DNA of 64,000 nucleotides from assembly GCA_964188305.1 (NCBI GenBank), contig OZ076888.1, one strand, 5' to 3'. Made by a program: the position numbers and the translations under genes. The stretch comes from Podarcis bocagei. Lineage: Eukaryota. Of the stretch, positions 61,639 through 64,000 are shown piece by piece. The notes below the pieces were generated by a model that was given only the letters and a program-made list of their open reading frames with translations, ran no database searches and was not told the DNA's origin. Every line of letters starts with the position of its first letter. Within the stretch, counting starts at the first letter, position 1.

Positions 61639-62806
61639 ATGTTAGTTAAGCTGAAGTTTGCAGACGGCTACACATTTTTGCCTGTTTCTGACAGATGTTA
61701 ACAATCTGTAGTCCTGCTTTCAGAGGTCTGCCCTGTATGAGTTTTCTTCCTGTCTTCACCAACCTAGTGCCTTTCAGAAGCTTTGGACTGCAGCTCTCAT
61801 CAATCCCAGCCAGCAAGTCTTTGTAATGTAATCCAGGATGTCCTCTCTCCCTCCCAAATCCTCGCCTCCTTCAGCCAAAGAGAATTCACCAGGCTGGGCA
61901 AACACCAGATGGGGAGAACACTCCACCCATAGCACATCACACTCTCCAGCCCAAAGCCTCACATGACAGGATGGAATCCATCATGTGCCGCCAGTCATGT
62001 GCTTACAGAGCACATTAAAGCCTAGTAAATGTTTAACCCCTTCAAAATCTGGCACAGGCAACCTATCCAGCTGCTCAGGTTTGGCTGGTGAAACGATGAC
62101 CAACTTTAGCAGCTCACTGGGGGGAGGGGGGCAGAATCATAGCAGGAAGGAGAGGAACAACATACCTCTCAAATATTTCTGCTGTGCCACCCAAACAGAA
62201 CAGTGTCACAAGAAAAATGTCAGAGCAATCACATTGGGTGAAGACCTCAAGGTGAGTCAACATTCAGGCACTTTCAGAACTAGCTTTCAAATTCCACACC
62301 TTTCTGTCAATAGTTTGAACAGAGATGAAATAAATCTTCCAGCTTAGAATAGGATTAAGCTTGACAAGCATTGCCAAGGGCTCATCCAGACTTCCGCTTG
62401 CCTCATTGCTCCCCCAACCCAGGAGAAAAACCCAATCTTTACTGCTGAATTGGAGCAAACGTCAGTCGGGTTTTCTGCAGATTGATGTTTGTGCCAATTC
62501 AGCGCTAAAGAGTAGGTTTTCCTGGGGAAAGTGGCAGGGGAAACAGAAAACTGCTCAGACCCATGATTTCTAGGCATGGGACAAGTGGAAGTGTGTCCCA
62601 AGAGAAAGCTGGTATTTTGAGAACTAAATTACTGAAAAGTGGACTATATTTATAACCAGCTGTTTCATACCAAGAGTTGCTCAGGTGTTCAAAGAAATGA
62701 AAGTGCAGTTTTGAAATCAGTGGTTAAGATCAGGCAAGTTTCGAAATCTTGATATTCCCTTTTCCTTCTAAACAAAAGTATTCTATTTATTATTAAGTAA
62801 GTATTA

Positions 62807-62840
<34 letters not shown>
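62807..62840. repeat. (TTAC)n microsatellite
   Basis: Seen directly. Confidence 0.9.
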
Positions 62841-62841
<1 letters not shown>

Positions 62842-63049
62842 ATCTATCAGTATTTATATACTGCTTCATCATCAAAGCCTTTAGATAGCTCACACAGAAT
62901 ACAAACCAGTGTTTCTCAAACTTTAGCCTCCAGGTCTTGTTGGACTACAACTCCCATCATTCCTAACTAGCAGGACCAGTAGTCAGGGATTATGGGAGAT
63001 GTAGTTCAAAAATATCTGGGGAACCAAGGCTTAAAAAGGCTGCTTTAGG

Positions 63050-63166
63050 ATTACAGAAATGGACCCTGAGCATCATCCAGTCCAACCCCCTGTGGTCCCA
63101 TATGGGGATTGAACATGCAACGTTGGCCTTAACAGCACCATGCTCTAACCAACTGAGCTATCCAGG
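63050..63166 (-). mobile_element. Degenerate tRNA-derived SINE with CR1-like tail
   Basis: - strand tagctcagttggttagagc (A box)...gttcaatcccc (B box), then gggggttggactggatga. Confidence 0.6.
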
Positions 63167-64000
63167 AAGAGCCATTTATAAGCAGTTACAGTCCTTGCAC
63201 AGTCGCAAAGGGAAGTGGCCAACCACCGGGGGCGGGGGCAGGCAATTTCACTCAGGCTTAAAAAGATGACATTCTTTGTTAAGAGAAGCTTTGCAAACTT
63301 TGGAGCTGAAGCTACAGCCCCTTCATTAAACAAATCTGGGCAAAGCAAACGAACGAAGCCAAGGCTGTTTTCCCAACTGGAAAACACGGGGGAGGCTTGG
63401 AATTAAGGAGCCTCTGCAGAGACTTGCTCAGAGCCCATGGGAGGCGAGAGGAGGCTTTGGGGCCAAGAATCTACCATGCACAAGGTGGATTCCCAGGCTG
63501 CCTCTCCCTGAGACCCAGGCTGTTCTTCTTCACCCTTCCTTCTTTCCAAATTCCTTGCACTACACAATGCAGAGAAGGACAAGGAAAGGAAAGGGGTTAC
63601 GTGACAGTCCTTCAAGCTGACATCTGTGGCATGAGGTGGGCTAGTCTCTCTGTCGTGGCACTGCCACTTGCTCGGCAGGACCAGAAGGGGGCAAGGCAGG
63701 GTGGTGGCAGATGTGCCACCACTGCCAACGCACTGCTTCCACTGCCCTCGCCCCACCCTGCCGCGTCAAGTGGCAGTGCTACCCCAGGACAGTGCAGGAG
63801 ACACCCCACACACACCTCAGACACCACGATGGAGGACATCCCCTCCAATATCAGGCAAGACTGTTTTATGCCATGGATAGGACTCATGTTGCATTTTCCA
63901 GAGCAGAACTTAACAGGCCAGGAAGAAGGTCTGCAGGGCAGTGTGGAGTAGTGGTTAGAGTACTGGACTGGCAGGCCAGTTACTGCAGAACAGGGGTCCT

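Noticed and set aside
56450-64000. Expected neighbouring gene (TWNK lies upstream of LZTS2 in human, from memory), and ORFs 59735-60478 and 63397-63951
   Set aside because: No Twinkle-like or other recognisable exon found; the ORFs cross repeats or have no domain-like content.

Overview
Vertebrate genomic DNA. The repeat content (Sauria SINE, BovB, Penelope, CR1, many hAT/Tigger MITEs) points to a squamate, probably a lacertid lizard; this is an inference. Two genes lie tail-to-tail. (1) PDZD7 on the + strand: the last 13 coding exons, 1871-20963, 2341 nt, one continuous frame with GT-AG introns, encoding PDZ2, the harmonin-N-like domain and PDZ3. Its 5' end is outside the window. (2) The complete LZTS2 CDS on the - strand: 4 coding exons, 31062-25987, 638 aa, ending in -ATEI. 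It has a ~3.7 kb candidate 3'UTR and a CpG-island promoter candidate at ~55.1-56.05 kb. The rest is intronic or intergenic, with many transposon insertions, several with readable target-site duplications (TSDs). The best leads are: a Penelope-type insertion forming a perfect 93-bp-arm hairpin with a hammerhead-ribozyme core on each strand; a 1.44 kb hAT-type element carrying CpG-island-like cargo; a young TTAGGG-bearing MITE present in two copies; a possible uORF switch selecting an N-myristoylatable LZTS2 start; a splice donor fused to an AATAAA that could give a short PDZD7 isoform; overlapping PDZD7/LZTS2 poly(A) signals; a SOX/homeobox motif cluster; and co-oriented CTCF motifs. None of these can be shown to be a new system from sequence alone.
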